From contig CAMTVY010000005.1 of NCBI GenBank assembly GCA_947085325.1, forward strand, positions 26,522 through 90,521: DNA of 64,000 nucleotides, in the 5' to 3' direction. Below are positions 11,696-22,789 of the stretch, one piece after another; position 1 is the stretch's first letter; the number at the start of each line of letters is the position of its first letter. The notes beneath the pieces were generated by a model. That model was not told the origin of the DNA and did not search any database. It saw only the letters and a program-made list of their open reading frames with translations. Origin of the DNA: an uncultured Gammaproteobacteria bacterium. Lineage in GTDB: Bacteria > Pseudomonadota > Gammaproteobacteria > SURF-13. The translations under genes and the position numbers were made by a program.

Positions 11696-12166
11696 ATGGC
11701 ACGGGGTATCAACAAGGTAATACTGGTCGGCAACCTGGGTAAAGACCCGGAAATACGCTATATGCCGAGTGGCGGCGCGGTGGCGAATGTGACCATTGCG
11801 ACCAGCGAGTCGTGGAAGGACAAGACCAGCGGCGAGCAACAGGAGCGCACCGAGTGGCATAGCGTGGTGTTTTATAACCGGTTGGCGGAGATTGTCGGCG
11901 AGTACCTCAAGAAAGGCTCGCAGATTTACGTGGAGGGCAGTTTACGTACCCGTAAATGGCAGGACAAAAATACCGGCACCGACCGCTACACCACCGAGAT
12001 CATTGCCAATGAGATGCAGATGCTGGGCAGCAAGGGCGGCGGCGGGTCAGCCTCCTATGCGGACAAGCCTGCGGGCGCCAAGGGTGGTTCCAAGACCAGC
12101 CACGAGGAGACGGAGCAGGCGCCGGGCGGGAAAAGCGACAGCTTCGACGATGACATCCCATTCTAG
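11696..12166 (+). CDS. ssb: Single-stranded DNA-binding protein
   Basis: [19 protein letters not shown] ... FDDDIPF; GAGGAG SD. Confidence 0.99.
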   Translation: MARGINKVILVGNLGKDPEIRYMPSGGAVANVTIATSESWKDKTSGEQQERTEWHSVVFYNRLAEIVGEYLKKGSQIYVEGSLRTRKWQDKNTGTDRYTTEIIANEMQMLGSKGGGGSASYADKPAGAKGGSKTSHEETEQAPGGKSDSFDDDIPF

Positions 12167-12203
12167 AGAATGGATTAACTGTAAAAATAATATATAAATT
12201 ATG

Positions 12204-12229
12204 ATATTATGAATTATTATTCATAATAT
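12204..12229. promoter_or_regulatory. AT-rich perfect 11-bp inverted repeat upstream of ftsK
   Basis: ATATTATGAAT-TATT-ATTCATAATAT. Confidence 0.5.
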
Positions 12230-12239
12230 GGATTAGATC

Positions 12240-14540
12240 TTGTCGCAGGCGACCCGCAAAAAATCAGGCGGTCTTTTCCAGGGGCGCAGCTACCCTTGGG
12301 CCCATAGCGTGGCCTACGGCCTGCACGAGGTCGGTCTGATTATCTGTGCGGCACTGGCTATCTATCTGGTGATGGCGCTCGCCAGCTATCAGATAGCAGA
12401 CCCCAGTTGGTCGCACAGCGGCACGACCGAGCACATCGCCAACCAGGGCGGTTGGCTCGGTGCCTGGGTTGCGGATGTGCTGCTGTATCTGTTCGGTGTA
12501 TTTTCCTACCTGTTACCCCTCATCGTCGGCTACGGCGGCTGGCTGATTCATCAGGCCCGGCTGGGCACCACCGAGTTCAACGGCCGCCGCATGGGCGTGC
12601 GCGCGCTCGGTATTGCGCTCATCGTGACCGGTGGGGCAGGGCTGGCGGCGCTGCATTTTGGCGGGCCATCGGCACTGCCGCACGAACTTGGCGGCCTGCT
12701 GGGCGACCGGATTGCTGACGTGCTGGTGCAGAGCGTAAGTTTTCTGGGTGCGACGCTGTTTCTGCTGGTGCTGTTTCTTACCGGCGTTACCCTGTTTACC
12801 GGACTTTCATGGCTCTGGTTGATGGATACGATAGGGCGCATCACATTGCGACTGTTTGAGCATGGCGTGGCACGTTTTGGTTTGCGCGACTATTTCATCG
12901 GGCGGCGCTCGCGTCTCAAGCGCGAGGTGGCGGCAAAGCTGGAGCGGCGCAAGGTTGAAACCCGGACGCCGCCCCGCATAGAGCCCGTGCTCAAGAGTGT
13001 GGTCACCGGCGAGCGCGTAGTGAAGGAGCGTCAGGTGCCGCTGTTCGAGGCCAGCGACGATGCGTTACCGCCGTTGTCACTGCTTGACCCGCCGGAGGTT
13101 CAACAGATCAATCTGTCTGACAGTGCACTGGAGGCGATGTCGCGTCAGGTCGAAATGAAGCTGATGGATTTCGGCATTGAGGTGCAGGTGGTTGCGGTGC
13201 ACCCCGGGCCGGTGATTACGCGCTTCGAGATTCAGCCTGCGGCCGGCATCAAGGTGAGCCAGATTACCAGCCTTGCCAAGGATCTTGCGCGCAGCCTCTC
13301 CACTACCAGTGTGCGCGTGGTGGAAGTCATTCCGGGTAAATCGGTGATCGGTCTGGAACTGCCGAATGAGCAGCGCGCGCTGGTACGGCTCTCCGAAACC
13401 CTGCAATCCAAGGAATATGAGAATGCCGGCTCTCCGCTGGCGCTGGCGCTGGGCAAGGATATCGGCGGCGCACCGGTGGTGGTGGACCTGGGCAAGATGC
13501 CGCATCTGCTGGTGGCGGGCACGACCGGCTCCGGTAAATCGGTGGCCATGAATGCCATGGTGTTGAGTATTTTGTTCAACGCCCGTCCGGACGAAGTGCG
13601 GCTCATCATGATCGACCCGAAAATGCTCGAGCTCTCTGTTTACCAGGGTATCGCGCACCTGCTCACGCCGGTGGTGACCGATGTGCGCGAGGCCGCCAAT
13701 GCGCTGAACTGGTGTGTGGGGGAAATGGAGCGGCGCTACCGCCTGATGGCGGCGCTGGGCGTGCGCAACATCGCCGGCCTTAACCGCAAAATCAAAGAGG
13801 CCGCAGATGGCGGCAAGCCGCTGGCGGATCCCATGGCGAAGCCGATTGAAGGTGTCGAGCCACCGCTGCTGGGCAGCATGCCCTACATCGTGGTTATTAT
13901 CGATGAACTGGCGGACATGATGATGGTGGTGGGCAAGAAAGTGGAAAACCTGATCGCGCGGCTGGCGCAGAAGGCGCGCGCCTCCGGCATACACCTGATT
14001 CTCGCCACGCAACGGCCTTCGGTGGATGTGATTACCGGGCTGATCAAGGCCAACATACCTGCGCGCATCGCCTTTCAGGTATCGGCCAAAGTGGACTCGC
14101 GCACCATACTCGATCAGATGGGCGCAGAACAATTACTGGGGCAGGGCGATATGCTGTATCTGACCCCGGGCGGCGGTATTCCCACGCGCGTGCACGGTGC
14201 CTTTGTCGCCGACCATGAAGTGCACAAGGTGGTGGCCTACCTGAAGCAGCGCGGCACACCGGATTACCACGAAGAGGTGTTGCAAGCCACGACCGATGAC
14301 GCGATTACTCTCGGGGTTGATGAGGGTGACAGCGGCGAGGCCGATCCGCTCTACGATGCCGCATTGCGCATCGTCACCGAGACGCGACGCGCGTCGGTTT
14401 CCGGCATCCAGCGCCGGCTCAAGATTGGTTACAATCGCGCGGCGCGCATGATCGAGGAGATGGAGCGTGCCGGTGTGGTGAGCCCATTGCAGTCTAACGG
14501 TAGCCGCGAAGTCCTGGTTGCAGGGCCGCCAGCGGATTAG
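12240..14540 (+). CDS. ftsK: DNA translocase FtsK
   Basis: N-terminal TM region, [23 protein letters not shown], gamma domain [14 protein letters not shown]. Confidence 0.98.
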   Translation: MSQATRKKSGGLFQGRSYPWAHSVAYGLHEVGLIICAALAIYLVMALASYQIADPSWSHSGTTEHIANQGGWLGAWVADVLLYLFGVFSYLLPLIVGYGGWLIHQARLGTTEFNGRRMGVRALGIALIVTGGAGLAALHFGGPSALPHELGGLLGDRIADVLVQSVSFLGATLFLLVLFLTGVTLFTGLSWLWLMDTIGRITLRLFEHGVARFGLRDYFIGRRSRLKREVAAKLERRKVETRTPPRIEPVLKSVVTGERVVKERQVPLFEASDDALPPLSLLDPPEVQQINLSDSALEAMSRQVEMKLMDFGIEVQVVAVHPGPVITRFEIQPAAGIKVSQITSLAKDLARSLSTTSVRVVEVIPGKSVIGLELPNEQRALVRLSETLQSKEYENAGSPLALALGKDIGGAPVVVDLGKMPHLLVAGTTGSGKSVAMNAMVLSILFNARPDEVRLIMIDPKMLELSVYQGIAHLLTPVVTDVREAANALNWCVGEMERRYRLMAALGVRNIAGLNRKIKEAADGGKPLADPMAKPIEGVEPPLLGSMPYIVVIIDELADMMMVVGKKVENLIARLAQKARASGIHLILATQRPSVDVITGLIKANIPARIAFQVSAKVDSRTILDQMGAEQLLGQGDMLYLTPGGGIPTRVHGAFVADHEVHKVVAYLKQRGTPDYHEEVLQATTDDAITLGVDEGDSGEADPLYDAALRIVTETRRASVSGIQRRLKIGYNRAARMIEEMERAGVVSPLQSNGSREVLVAGPPAD

Positions 14541-14548
14541 CAGGGAGC

Positions 14549-15265
14549 ATGATCATGACATATTCACGCTATGCGGTAGCATTCTGCGCGGTGCTGTGCT
14601 GGCCGCTGGCCGCATCTGCAACAGACGCGCCACAGGGGCGTGCCAGCGTCGCGGGAGACAGGCTGCCCGCAACAGCCTCGGCCATTGAGCGCTTGCGGGT
14701 TTTTTTCCAGGGGGCGCGCGCGATACAGGCGGACTTTCAGCAGACGCTGACGGATAGCAAGGGGCGTGAAGTGCAGCAAGCAAGCGGCATGCTGGTGATG
14801 CAGCGTCCGGGGAAGTTCCGCTGGGATTATAAAACACCCTACCATCAGGTCATCGCATCAGATGGCAAGGAAATCACGATCTATGACAAGGATCTGGAGC
14901 AGGCGACCATCAAGCCGCTGAGCCATGTACTCGGCAGTACCCCGGCAGCGTTGCTCAGCGGCGACCAGCCACTTGAGGAAAATTTCAACATCACGCAGGC
15001 CCGGCCCAGGGACGGTCTGGACTGGGTAGAGCTGACACCGAAACAGTCGGACAGCGGCTTCGAGCGTATACGTCTGGGCTTTAATCAGAGTGATTTACGC
15101 GCGATGGAGATGCTCGACAGTTTTGGCCAGATTACGGAGTTGCGCTTCACCAACCTGACGTATGACGCGGCACCGGATCCGTCACGCTTTGTATTTACGC
15201 CGCCCGTGGGTACCGATATCTTGCGCGAATCTGCTCCCGAGAACTCACCCGCTCACCAGAAATAA
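14549..15265 (+). CDS. lolA: Outer-membrane lipoprotein carrier LolA, with an 18-aa repeat-derived insert
   Basis: Signal peptide, ADFQQ, QRPGKFRWDY, TPAALL, DSFGQIT; follows ftsK. Confidence 0.95.
   Translation: MIMTYSRYAVAFCAVLCWPLAASATDAPQGRASVAGDRLPATASAIERLRVFFQGARAIQADFQQTLTDSKGREVQQASGMLVMQRPGKFRWDYKTPYHQVIASDGKEITIYDKDLEQATIKPLSHVLGSTPAALLSGDQPLEENFNITQARPRDGLDWVELTPKQSDSGFERIRLGFNQSDLRAMEMLDSFGQITELRFTNLTYDAAPDPSRFVFTPPVGTDILRESAPENSPAHQK
14624..14677 (+). repeat. Diverged in-frame copy of the 11547 element inside lolA
   Basis: GACGCgccACAGGGgCGTGCcAGcGTCGCGgGAGaCAGGcTGCC..; encodes DAPQGRASVAGDRLPATA versus DAQGRASVA at the MFS C-terminus. Confidence 0.85.
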
Positions 15266-16056
15266 ACCAATACCAGCAGGCCGAAGCCAATCCGGTACCA
15301 GGCAAACACGCGGAAACTGTGATGCGCGACGAAGGCAAGCAGCCCCTTGATCGCCAGCAGGCCACTTATAAATGCCGCAATGAAGCCCGTCGCAAACAGC
15401 GTGATATCGTTGTTGCCCAGAAGGTGCCAGCTTTTGTACAGGTCGTAGAGCGTGGCGGCAAACATGACGGGGATGGCGAGGAAGAATGAAAACTCTGTTG
15501 CCGTCTGGCGCGAGAGCCCGAACAGCAAGCCGCCCATAATGGTGGCGCCGGAGCGTGAGGTGCCGGGAATCAGTGACGCAGCCTGACACAGCCCTATTTT
15601 CAACGCCGTCTTCCAGCCTATATCGTCGACTGAATTAGTCCGTGGTACATAACGGCGCTGCTCGATCAATAAAATAATCACGCCGCCAATGATCAATGCA
15701 ATGGCGACGCTGAAGGGCGTGAACAAATATGTCTTGATGAAATCGTGAAATATCAGCCCGAGTATGGCCGCAGGCAGAAAGGCGATAAACAGATTTGAAA
15801 TGAAGGTGAAATTCTGTTTCGCCTGCGCGGGTGGAGAGGTCTGCATAAGCGCGAGCAGCCGTGTGCGGTAATGCCAGCAAACGGCAAGAATGGCGCCCAG
15901 TTGGATGGCAATCTCAAAGGTCTTTGCGCTTATGCCATTAAAACCCACGGTATCGGCGACAATGATGAGGTGGCCGGTGCTGGAGATCGGCAGAAATTCG
16001 GTGAGTCCTTCGACGATGCCAAGCAAGAGCGCTTTCAGATGCAGCAGACTATCCAT
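15253..16056 (-). CDS. uppP: Undecaprenyl-diphosphate phosphatase
   Basis: GIVEGLTEFLPISSTGHL, PGTSRSGAT, EFSFFLAIP. Confidence 0.98.
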   Translation of the reverse strand: MDSLLHLKALLLGIVEGLTEFLPISSTGHLIIVADTVGFNGISAKTFEIAIQLGAILAVCWHYRTRLLALMQTSPPAQAKQNFTFISNLFIAFLPAAILGLIFHDFIKTYLFTPFSVAIALIIGGVIILLIEQRRYVPRTNSVDDIGWKTALKIGLCQAASLIPGTSRSGATIMGGLLFGLSRQTATEFSFFLAIPVMFAATLYDLYKSWHLLGNNDITLFATGFIAAFISGLLAIKGLLAFVAHHSFRVFAWYRIGFGLLVLVYFW

Positions 16057-16110
16057 GGGTATCCTTTCTCATAAAGTGGCGTACATCATACCCTCAGTGA
16101 GGGGTTTGTT

Positions 16111-19100
16111 TCAGACGCGCGCTGTGTCGCTGCGTGTAAAGAGGTAGTCCAGCCATGCGTCAGTGATGCGCTCCTGCAGTTTATTCTGCGCCAGGCGTGC
16201 ATCAAGGTGGTCGAGATCAACCCAGTCGAGTGGCTGATCCTGTCCCGCGCAGGAGAACACGGCGCGCGTGCGCCGCCCTGTGGCGGGGTCAATCTGCCAT
16301 TGCAGGCACTGGGCACATACGCCCTGCAGCATGCACTGCATGGGGCTGCCAACAGAGCCTATGGCTTTTACATCGGTACGGAAACTGTGTGCAAGACGGC
16401 CATGCAGCCCTTCCTGCACCATGCGTAACAGGCGTTCACTGCCTATGGCGAGGATGCGATCCACGTGCTTGAGGTCAAAGGCAGGCGCGGCCCCGGCAGG
16501 TTCGAGAGCGCCCTCGGCATAGCGCTTGACGGTATCGATGAAGTCACCCGTCAGGCTGCGGTCTTGTGCGCGCTGCGGCGGAATCACCGGCCCGCTCGCC
16601 GTACACCATACGACGACATCCGCTGCCTGCTCCAGTTGCTCCTGAAGATACAGTTCGTCTGCGATGCGGAAGCCGGCAAAATACAGCACGCGATTGCCGG
16701 ACGCGCGCAACAGCGGGCCCAACGTGAGCATCACCGCAGCGCCACGGCGACCGCCTGCCACCAGAATGGTCTCGTTGTGCGGTATCTCGGTCGGCCTGCC
16801 GGTCGGCCCCATGAGTACGAGTGGGTCGCCTGGACGCAGTGTGGCGCACAGGCGGGAACTGGCGCCTACCTCGAGCGCCATCAACGATATGCTGTCAGGC
16901 TTGTCCTTGGTTTTCACGCCGGTGAGGGCCATGGCTTCAGTTTGCAGGCGGCTGCCCTCAACCAGCGGGCTGAGGCTTTCGTAGTTTTGTAAACGGAAGA
17001 ATTGACCCGGCCGCAGATTGCGTGCCGCCATCGGTGCGCGCACCTCGATCTGGATCACGCTGGGGCTGTAGCGCTTGACCTGCGTGATGCGCGGTTGCAG
17101 CAAATCTGCCATACGTGCGCGGAAGGTGGCGTAATCGGAGGTGTCGGTACCCTGGGCGTGACGGGCTTGCAGGGTGTGCATGATTGCGGGGTAGGTGCGC
17201 ATGCTGGAGGCGATGGCCTTGACTACGCTGCCATGAAACACCGGGTGGGTATCGCCGAGAAACGTAACACGGTGATCTTCTTGCCGGTACGAGGTAAACG
17301 GCCCGAACTCTGGCTGCTTGCAGTGCAGATTCAGTTCAACGGGATCGAGTGCCCCGTCTGCTTCGCGGTGAGGCAGGAAACTGCTGCCGTGCAGGGTGAA
17401 GGTACCCGGGTATTCACGCTCATATATCGTGTTAGGCGTGGCACCTGCCGCTATGAAGATAGCGTGCGCAGGCAACGATACTGTTTCGTCCGTCGCGCTC
17501 CAGCTACCATCAGCCGCCTGAGTGCGGCGGCGGCAGACCAGGGCCTGCACATGCCCGAAGCGGTCAAGTTCGGCGCGTGCCGGCTCCAGGCCTTCAGCGT
17601 AGAAGATACCTTCCTCCAGCGCCTTGGTAATCTCTTCGTGATTGCGGGTATAGGCCGGTGACTGATGGAGCGCTTGACGGTAAGCGACAGTCACACCGCC
17701 CCAGGCATGCAGCAGTGGCAGAAAATCAGGCGCCGTGCCCGCGTGCTGCGCGCGCTCACGCTCCGCGCGCACGGCGCGTCCATGCTCCAGAAACACTTCC
17801 AGTATGCCGAGTGATTCCTCGTCCAGTTGGGTGCGGATGCGCGCCTCGCCGAAAGCGTGGGCAAGGGTGTCATAGCGTGCAAGTATTTTTTCCACCTGGG
17901 CGATGTAGTACACCTGCACTTCAGTGGCGGTATCAATGCCGGTGAGGCCGCCGCCGATGACGATGGCCGGCAGCCGTACCTGAAGGTTGGTGAGGCTTGC
18001 GCTTTTGGCCGCGCCCGTGAGTTGCAGGGCCATGAGAAAGTCATTGGCCTGGCGCATGCCGCGCGCAAGGCTGTTTTGCATCGGTACGACCTTCGGCAGA
18101 CCGGCCCCTGTGGCAATGCCAACATGATGAAATCCGAGTGTCCAGGCATCTTCCAGGGTGAGCGTGCCTCCGAGGCGTACACCACCGAATACCTGAAAAG
18201 TCGGGCGGCGCAGCAGGCTGAGATAAATCAGCTTCAGGAAGTTTTTATCCCAGCGTACGGTAATGCCGTATTCGGCGACGCCGCCGAAGCCGGTCATGAT
18301 GCGTGTGTCGAGCGGTTCTTGCAGTTCGCTGTAATCCCGCACAGGGTTGTGTATGAGCGTTTCCGGCAACGGCTCGATCTTGAGCCCGTCGATGCCGACC
18401 ACGGCGCAGCCTTCCATGGTGAGATGGTGCGCAAGCGTAAAGCCCGCCGGGCCCTGACCTGCGACCAGCACCTTGTATCCGGTGTAGGGCTTGGGCAGAT
18501 ACTGCACCGCGCGCAAGGGATTCCAGCGCGTAAGCAGGTCGTACACTTCCACGCCCCACGGCAGATCCAGTACATCGGTCAGGCAGCGGGTTTCGATCTG
18601 GGGGATGTCGACCGGTTCCTGCTTCTGGTAAATGCATGCTTTCATGCAGTCATTGCAGATGCGGTGACCGGTGGCGGGGATCATGGGATTGTCCACCATC
18701 GCCATGGCGAGCGCAGCGATGGCGTGGCCCTCGCGCTTCAGCGTGTGCATCTCGGAGATCTTCTCTTCGAGCGGGCAGCCGGTGAGCGGGACGCCAAGCG
18801 GGTTGGACTTCAGGCCGCGCTCGGGTTCGGCTTTCTTTTCCGGGAAGCCCTTGGAGCAGAAGTCGCCGTCGTGATCGTGGCAGTAGATGCAGTAATGCAC
18901 CTGATCCTGTACCGCGCGCGCCGACATGCGCGCATCCGTGAGTTTGAAACCGTCGCGCTTGCGGTAATGTGCCGGTAATCCCTGGATGCGTCCCGCGCTG
19001 TCCTGGGCGAGCGGCTGTAGCGGCACCAGGTGAAAATAATCCAGGCTGCGTGGCAGCTTGAGGCTGACCCAGCCATGCACCGCAGCCTGTCCTTGCGGAC

Positions 19101-19629
19101 TGCGCAACGCCAGCACGCACCAGCGGGTGAGGCGCTCGATGGTGCGGGTGTTGTCCGCTTCCTTTTCCAGCAGCTGACCGGCAAGGTGGGCAATGGCATG
19201 TTCACGATCCGCTGTGTTGAGGCCGGACTGCTCCAGCAGCGCACTGATTTCAGCATCAAGATCGGCGAAGGATTCGGTGATCTCCTTGTCATGCAGGCGG
19301 CGTCGCGCGCGCCGCTGCACAAATACCTTCTTGAACTGCATGACTGCGTCATGGGAGAGTGTTCTTGCCTGTGTCGCCTCTGTTTCGGTTTCGATATGGA
19401 ACAGCCGGGCAATAAAGTCTTCCAATACCGGCGCACAGGCGAGCAGCAGTTCGCTGGTTTGCAGAGGAGTCAGGGGCAAAGATGGATCGCGGTAGCCGAG
19501 CAGCCCGGCATGCAGTGACGGGTTATGCGCATGCAACTGTTTCAGAAAACGCGCATCCAGCCGCTGTAGCCCGCTGACCTCGAACAGTTCATGGAACGTA
19601 CAGCCTTCCGGCGTTAGCGTGCGTGTCAT
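16111..19629 (-). CDS. Large FAD/Fe-S oxidoreductase: GltD/NfnB-like module fused to a C-terminal PyrK/NfnA-like module
   Basis: CIYC..C..CPL, RICNDCMKAC, VAGQGPAG, GGGLTGID, LRPGQFFRL, LMGPTG, MQCMLQGVCAQC..FSC. Confidence 0.85.
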   Translation of the reverse strand: MTRTLTPEGCTFHELFEVSGLQRLDARFLKQLHAHNPSLHAGLLGYRDPSLPLTPLQTSELLLACAPVLEDFIARLFHIETETEATQARTLSHDAVMQFKKVFVQRRARRRLHDKEITESFADLDAEISALLEQSGLNTADREHAIAHLAGQLLEKEADNTRTIERLTRWCVLALRSPQGQAAVHGWVSLKLPRSLDYFHLVPLQPLAQDSAGRIQGLPAHYRKRDGFKLTDARMSARAVQDQVHYCIYCHDHDGDFCSKGFPEKKAEPERGLKSNPLGVPLTGCPLEEKISEMHTLKREGHAIAALAMAMVDNPMIPATGHRICNDCMKACIYQKQEPVDIPQIETRCLTDVLDLPWGVEVYDLLTRWNPLRAVQYLPKPYTGYKVLVAGQGPAGFTLAHHLTMEGCAVVGIDGLKIEPLPETLIHNPVRDYSELQEPLDTRIMTGFGGVAEYGITVRWDKNFLKLIYLSLLRRPTFQVFGGVRLGGTLTLEDAWTLGFHHVGIATGAGLPKVVPMQNSLARGMRQANDFLMALQLTGAAKSASLTNLQVRLPAIVIGGGLTGIDTATEVQVYYIAQVEKILARYDTLAHAFGEARIRTQLDEESLGILEVFLEHGRAVRAERERAQHAGTAPDFLPLLHAWGGVTVAYRQALHQSPAYTRNHEEITKALEEGIFYAEGLEPARAELDRFGHVQALVCRRRTQAADGSWSATDETVSLPAHAIFIAAGATPNTIYEREYPGTFTLHGSSFLPHREADGALDPVELNLHCKQPEFGPFTSYRQEDHRVTFLGDTHPVFHGSVVKAIASSMRTYPAIMHTLQARHAQGTDTSDYATFRARMADLLQPRITQVKRYSPSVIQIEVRAPMAARNLRPGQFFRLQNYESLSPLVEGSRLQTEAMALTGVKTKDKPDSISLMALEVGASSRLCATLRPGDPLVLMGPTGRPTEIPHNETILVAGGRRGAAVMLTLGPLLRASGNRVLYFAGFRIADELYLQEQLEQAADVVVWCTASGPVIPPQRAQDRSLTGDFIDTVKRYAEGALEPAGAAPAFDLKHVDRILAIGSERLLRMVQEGLHGRLAHSFRTDVKAIGSVGSPMQCMLQGVCAQCLQWQIDPATGRRTRAVFSCAGQDQPLDWVDLDHLDARLAQNKLQERITDAWLDYLFTRSDTARV

Positions 19630-21086
19630 TGAGCGACGCGGTTGTAGAGGCGGGTCAGGTGGCGCAGGCGTTCAGGAAGGTCCGGCGTAATCTGGGCCCA
19701 GTCAAAGCGCCATTGCCAGTTGCCGTGTGTTGTCCCCGGTGTGTTCATGCGATGTTCACTGCCGAGTGTCAGGATATCCTGCATGGGCAGGATGGCGAGA
19801 TTCGCCACCGATGCAAGTGCCGTGCGGATGAGCGGCCAGGGCATAGGCTCGCCCGGTACGCCGAGGTAATCATAAATGTAGCGCTTTTGCTCAGGCCTGA
19901 GTTTGGTGAACCAGCCCAGCGTGGTGTCGTTGTCATGGGTGCCGGTGTAGACGACGCTGTTGACTTCATGCTGCGGCGGCAGGTAGGGGTTGCGCGGGTC
20001 ACCGTCAAAGGCGAATTGCAGTATTTTCATTCCCGGCAACTTGTATTTTTTGCGTAGCGCATGCACTTCAGGTGTAATCAGCCCCAAGTCTTCGGCGACC
20101 AGCGGCAGGCGACCGAATTCTTGCTTGAGTGCGGCGAACAGTTCATCGCCCGGCGCCTTGACCCAGCGCCCGCCTTCTGCGGTCGGCAGCCCTGCGGGAA
20201 TTTCCCAGTATGCCTCAAAGCCACGGAAATGGTCGACGCGGATAAGATCGAATAATCGCAACTGTGTCTGCATGCGCTCACGCCAGCAGCGGAAGCCATC
20301 GTCACGCATGCGCTGCCAATTATAATGTGGATTACCCCAGCGCTGACCATGCTCGGCGAAATAATCCGGTGGCACGCCGGCGACTACGCGTGTCTGCCCG
20401 TCTGCATCGAGGTCGTACATATCGCGCCGGGACCAGACATCAGAGCTGTCATGGGCGACGAATATCGGCATGTCACCAAACATCGCCACTCCGTGTGCAT
20501 TGGCGTGGCGTTTAAGTGCGTCCCACTGACGGAAGAACGCGAATTGTTCGAAGCAGACTTGCGTGATGACGCTGTCATGCTGCATGCGTGCCTCGTCGAG
20601 TGCGTGAGGGTCGCGGTCGCGCAACGGTACAGGCCAGTCGAGCCATGAGCGCCCGCCGTGCGCGTTCTTGACCGCCTGATACAGTGCATAATCAGGCAGC
20701 CAATGGCCCTGCTGTTTTATAAAGTCGGCGAATGCCTTGCGTTCGGTTGCGGAGGCCTGCCGCGTGAAGCGCTGGCAGGCCTGATGCAGGAGGGGGGTGT
20801 GCGGCTGGTTGACTTCGAAGTGTTCAAGCCAACCCTCTTGCTGCAAAAGCTCGGGGCTGATGAGGCAGGGATTGCCGGCATTGACGGACAGGCACTGATA
20901 GGGCGAACCGTCGCTGTGCGTAGGACCCAGCGGAAGCACCTGCCATACTTGCAGGCCATTTGCCGCAAGGAATTCGACGAAGTGATAGGCTTCAGGACCG
21001 AGATTGCCCTGCGCGTGCGGGCCTGGGAGGGAGGTAGGGTGCAGTATGATGCCCGCGCGCCGGGTTTTGCCCTGCGCTGGTTTCAC
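19626..21086 (-). CDS. malQ: 4-alpha-glucanotransferase (GH77)
   Basis: RRAGIILHPTSLP, WQVLPLGPT, AGVPPDYF, RVDHFRGF, VAEDLG, YTGTHDNDT. Confidence 0.98.
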   Translation of the reverse strand: MKPAQGKTRRAGIILHPTSLPGPHAQGNLGPEAYHFVEFLAANGLQVWQVLPLGPTHSDGSPYQCLSVNAGNPCLISPELLQQEGWLEHFEVNQPHTPLLHQACQRFTRQASATERKAFADFIKQQGHWLPDYALYQAVKNAHGGRSWLDWPVPLRDRDPHALDEARMQHDSVITQVCFEQFAFFRQWDALKRHANAHGVAMFGDMPIFVAHDSSDVWSRRDMYDLDADGQTRVVAGVPPDYFAEHGQRWGNPHYNWQRMRDDGFRCWRERMQTQLRLFDLIRVDHFRGFEAYWEIPAGLPTAEGGRWVKAPGDELFAALKQEFGRLPLVAEDLGLITPEVHALRKKYKLPGMKILQFAFDGDPRNPYLPPQHEVNSVVYTGTHDNDTTLGWFTKLRPEQKRYIYDYLGVPGEPMPWPLIRTALASVANLAILPMQDILTLGSEHRMNTPGTTHGNWQWRFDWAQITPDLPERLRHLTRLYNRVAQ

Positions 21087-22789
21087 CGGGACTCCTGGCC
21101 GGGGCGCATCACGCCGCCCTGCGCAGGTGCTCCACTGCCACGGGACAGCTCCAGCGACAAATCTTCAGGGATGGCTGTGCCGAGCGAACGGTAGAGATTG
21201 GCCAGATGGCGCCGGAACAACAACTCAAAATCACTCACGCTATCAGCGGGATTGTAGCCGCCGAACCACCAGAACCAGTCTGAGCCTTCACAGATGGCCA
21301 TCAACTGTTCCAGTGCAGTGCGCTGCTCATCAGTCACGCGGCCCGAGGCAAGCACGGAGTCATAGGCATGCTTGGCGGCACACAACCGATCCCACGCCCG
21401 GTTCTTGTCATCATCGCCGATCCAGGTAGAGAAATTACCGTATACCCAGCTTCCTGCAACAAGGCTGGGCAGGTGTTCCGTGGACGGCAGATGGTCGAGG
21501 CAGGTCGAGAAGGTCGTCATCTCCAGCCGTGGGTGAGAGCCGAGGCGCTGATACAGGGCGCTCAGAAAGTAATAACCATTGTTGGGGTAGTATTCCCATG
21601 CGTTCTCGCCATCAAGAATAATGGATACGACGCTGTTGCTGCAATCGTAGGTGTGCGCAATGCTGTCCAGGTGTGAGACGAGGTTGCCGACGGCGTCGTC
21701 CGCATGCCATTTGGAGTAGGTGAAGCCGATGAGGTCGGACAGCCCGTCGTCACGGAAGAAGGTTGCGATCTTGCCTGCACCTACCGTATACGGCCGGTAC
21801 AGCCATGCCTTGTTGGCGGGTTCCGTCTTGTTGTGGCGAGTGAGGCTGCTATACAGCACAGCTTCACCGCTCGCTGCCCAGCGGAAGCCGAATTCGTCCA
21901 GTGCACGCAATGCGGTATCACTGACGCTGCCTTCAGAGGGCCAGCAGCCCTGCGGCGTAAAACCAAAATGGCGGTGAAAGACCTCCATGCCGTGCTGGAT
22001 GTGCCAGCGCACGCGCTCTTCACCGCCGGGATAGGCGCTGGACACCGGCAGGCGTACCTCGGGCATGGCCTCGCGGGCACTGCTGAAATCCAGCAGTAGC
22101 GGCAGAATGGGGTGCGCGTAAGGTGTCATGGAGAGTTCGACCTGGCCGCACTCGGCAAGCTTGCGGTAGCGTCCCAGCAATCCACTGAGCAGTTCGGCGA
22201 TCACCGACAGCAGGGTCAGTCTGTCATTCAAGGTGAATGAATAGCCCTTGTCGAGCAGGGCGCGTACCGTCATATTCTTGCGCCGCACCGTTTCACCCAG
22301 CCATGCCAGGTGATACCACATGAGAAGATCGGCAAAATATTGCTCACCGAGATAGTTCAAGGCCTCCGTATCGTCTTCGAGACGACCGGCGATGTCGACC
22401 AGGCGACGGTAATGCGGAAACGGATGGATGAGGTGTTCGTGGTTGATGCGCAGGCAGGATTTTATCAAGGCACTGCGCGCACCACTCTCTTCAGGCAGTT
22501 TTTCAGCGCTGAGCGCCGCCAGTAGCGGATCATTCAGCGGTATGCGCGAAGTTAAAAACTCATTGAGTCGATGCGCGTAGTCTGCAATCTGTTCCAGCAG
22601 GACAGGTGCAAAGTTGACGACCACGCGTGCGGCGGGCGTGTCTTCGAGCAGCGTCGCCATGTCTGCGTAATCCTTGATCGCATGCAGATACGTCCATGGC
22701 AGCTGGTACTCATGTGTAAGGGAGTCGCGGTATTGCGGCTGGTGCATATGCCAGCACAGCACCACTTTGAGGCGCGGCTTATCGGGCAT
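21083..22789 (-). CDS. Glycoside hydrolase family 57 (amylopullulanase-like)
   Basis: [40 protein letters not shown]. Confidence 0.95.
   Translation of the reverse strand: MPDKPRLKVVLCWHMHQPQYRDSLTHEYQLPWTYLHAIKDYADMATLLEDTPAARVVVNFAPVLLEQIADYAHRLNEFLTSRIPLNDPLLAALSAEKLPEESGARSALIKSCLRINHEHLIHPFPHYRRLVDIAGRLEDDTEALNYLGEQYFADLLMWYHLAWLGETVRRKNMTVRALLDKGYSFTLNDRLTLLSVIAELLSGLLGRYRKLAECGQVELSMTPYAHPILPLLLDFSSAREAMPEVRLPVSSAYPGGEERVRWHIQHGMEVFHRHFGFTPQGCWPSEGSVSDTALRALDEFGFRWAASGEAVLYSSLTRHNKTEPANKAWLYRPYTVGAGKIATFFRDDGLSDLIGFTYSKWHADDAVGNLVSHLDSIAHTYDCSNSVVSIILDGENAWEYYPNNGYYFLSALYQRLGSHPRLEMTTFSTCLDHLPSTEHLPSLVAGSWVYGNFSTWIGDDDKNRAWDRLCAAKHAYDSVLASGRVTDEQRTALEQLMAICEGSDWFWWFGGYNPADSVSDFELLFRRHLANLYRSLGTAIPEDLSLELSRGSGAPAQGGVMRPGQESR

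Noticed and set aside
18877-18891. CIYCH as a c-type heme site in the large oxidoreductase
   Set aside because: No signal peptide; the cysteines fit the GltD-type Fe-S ligand pattern.
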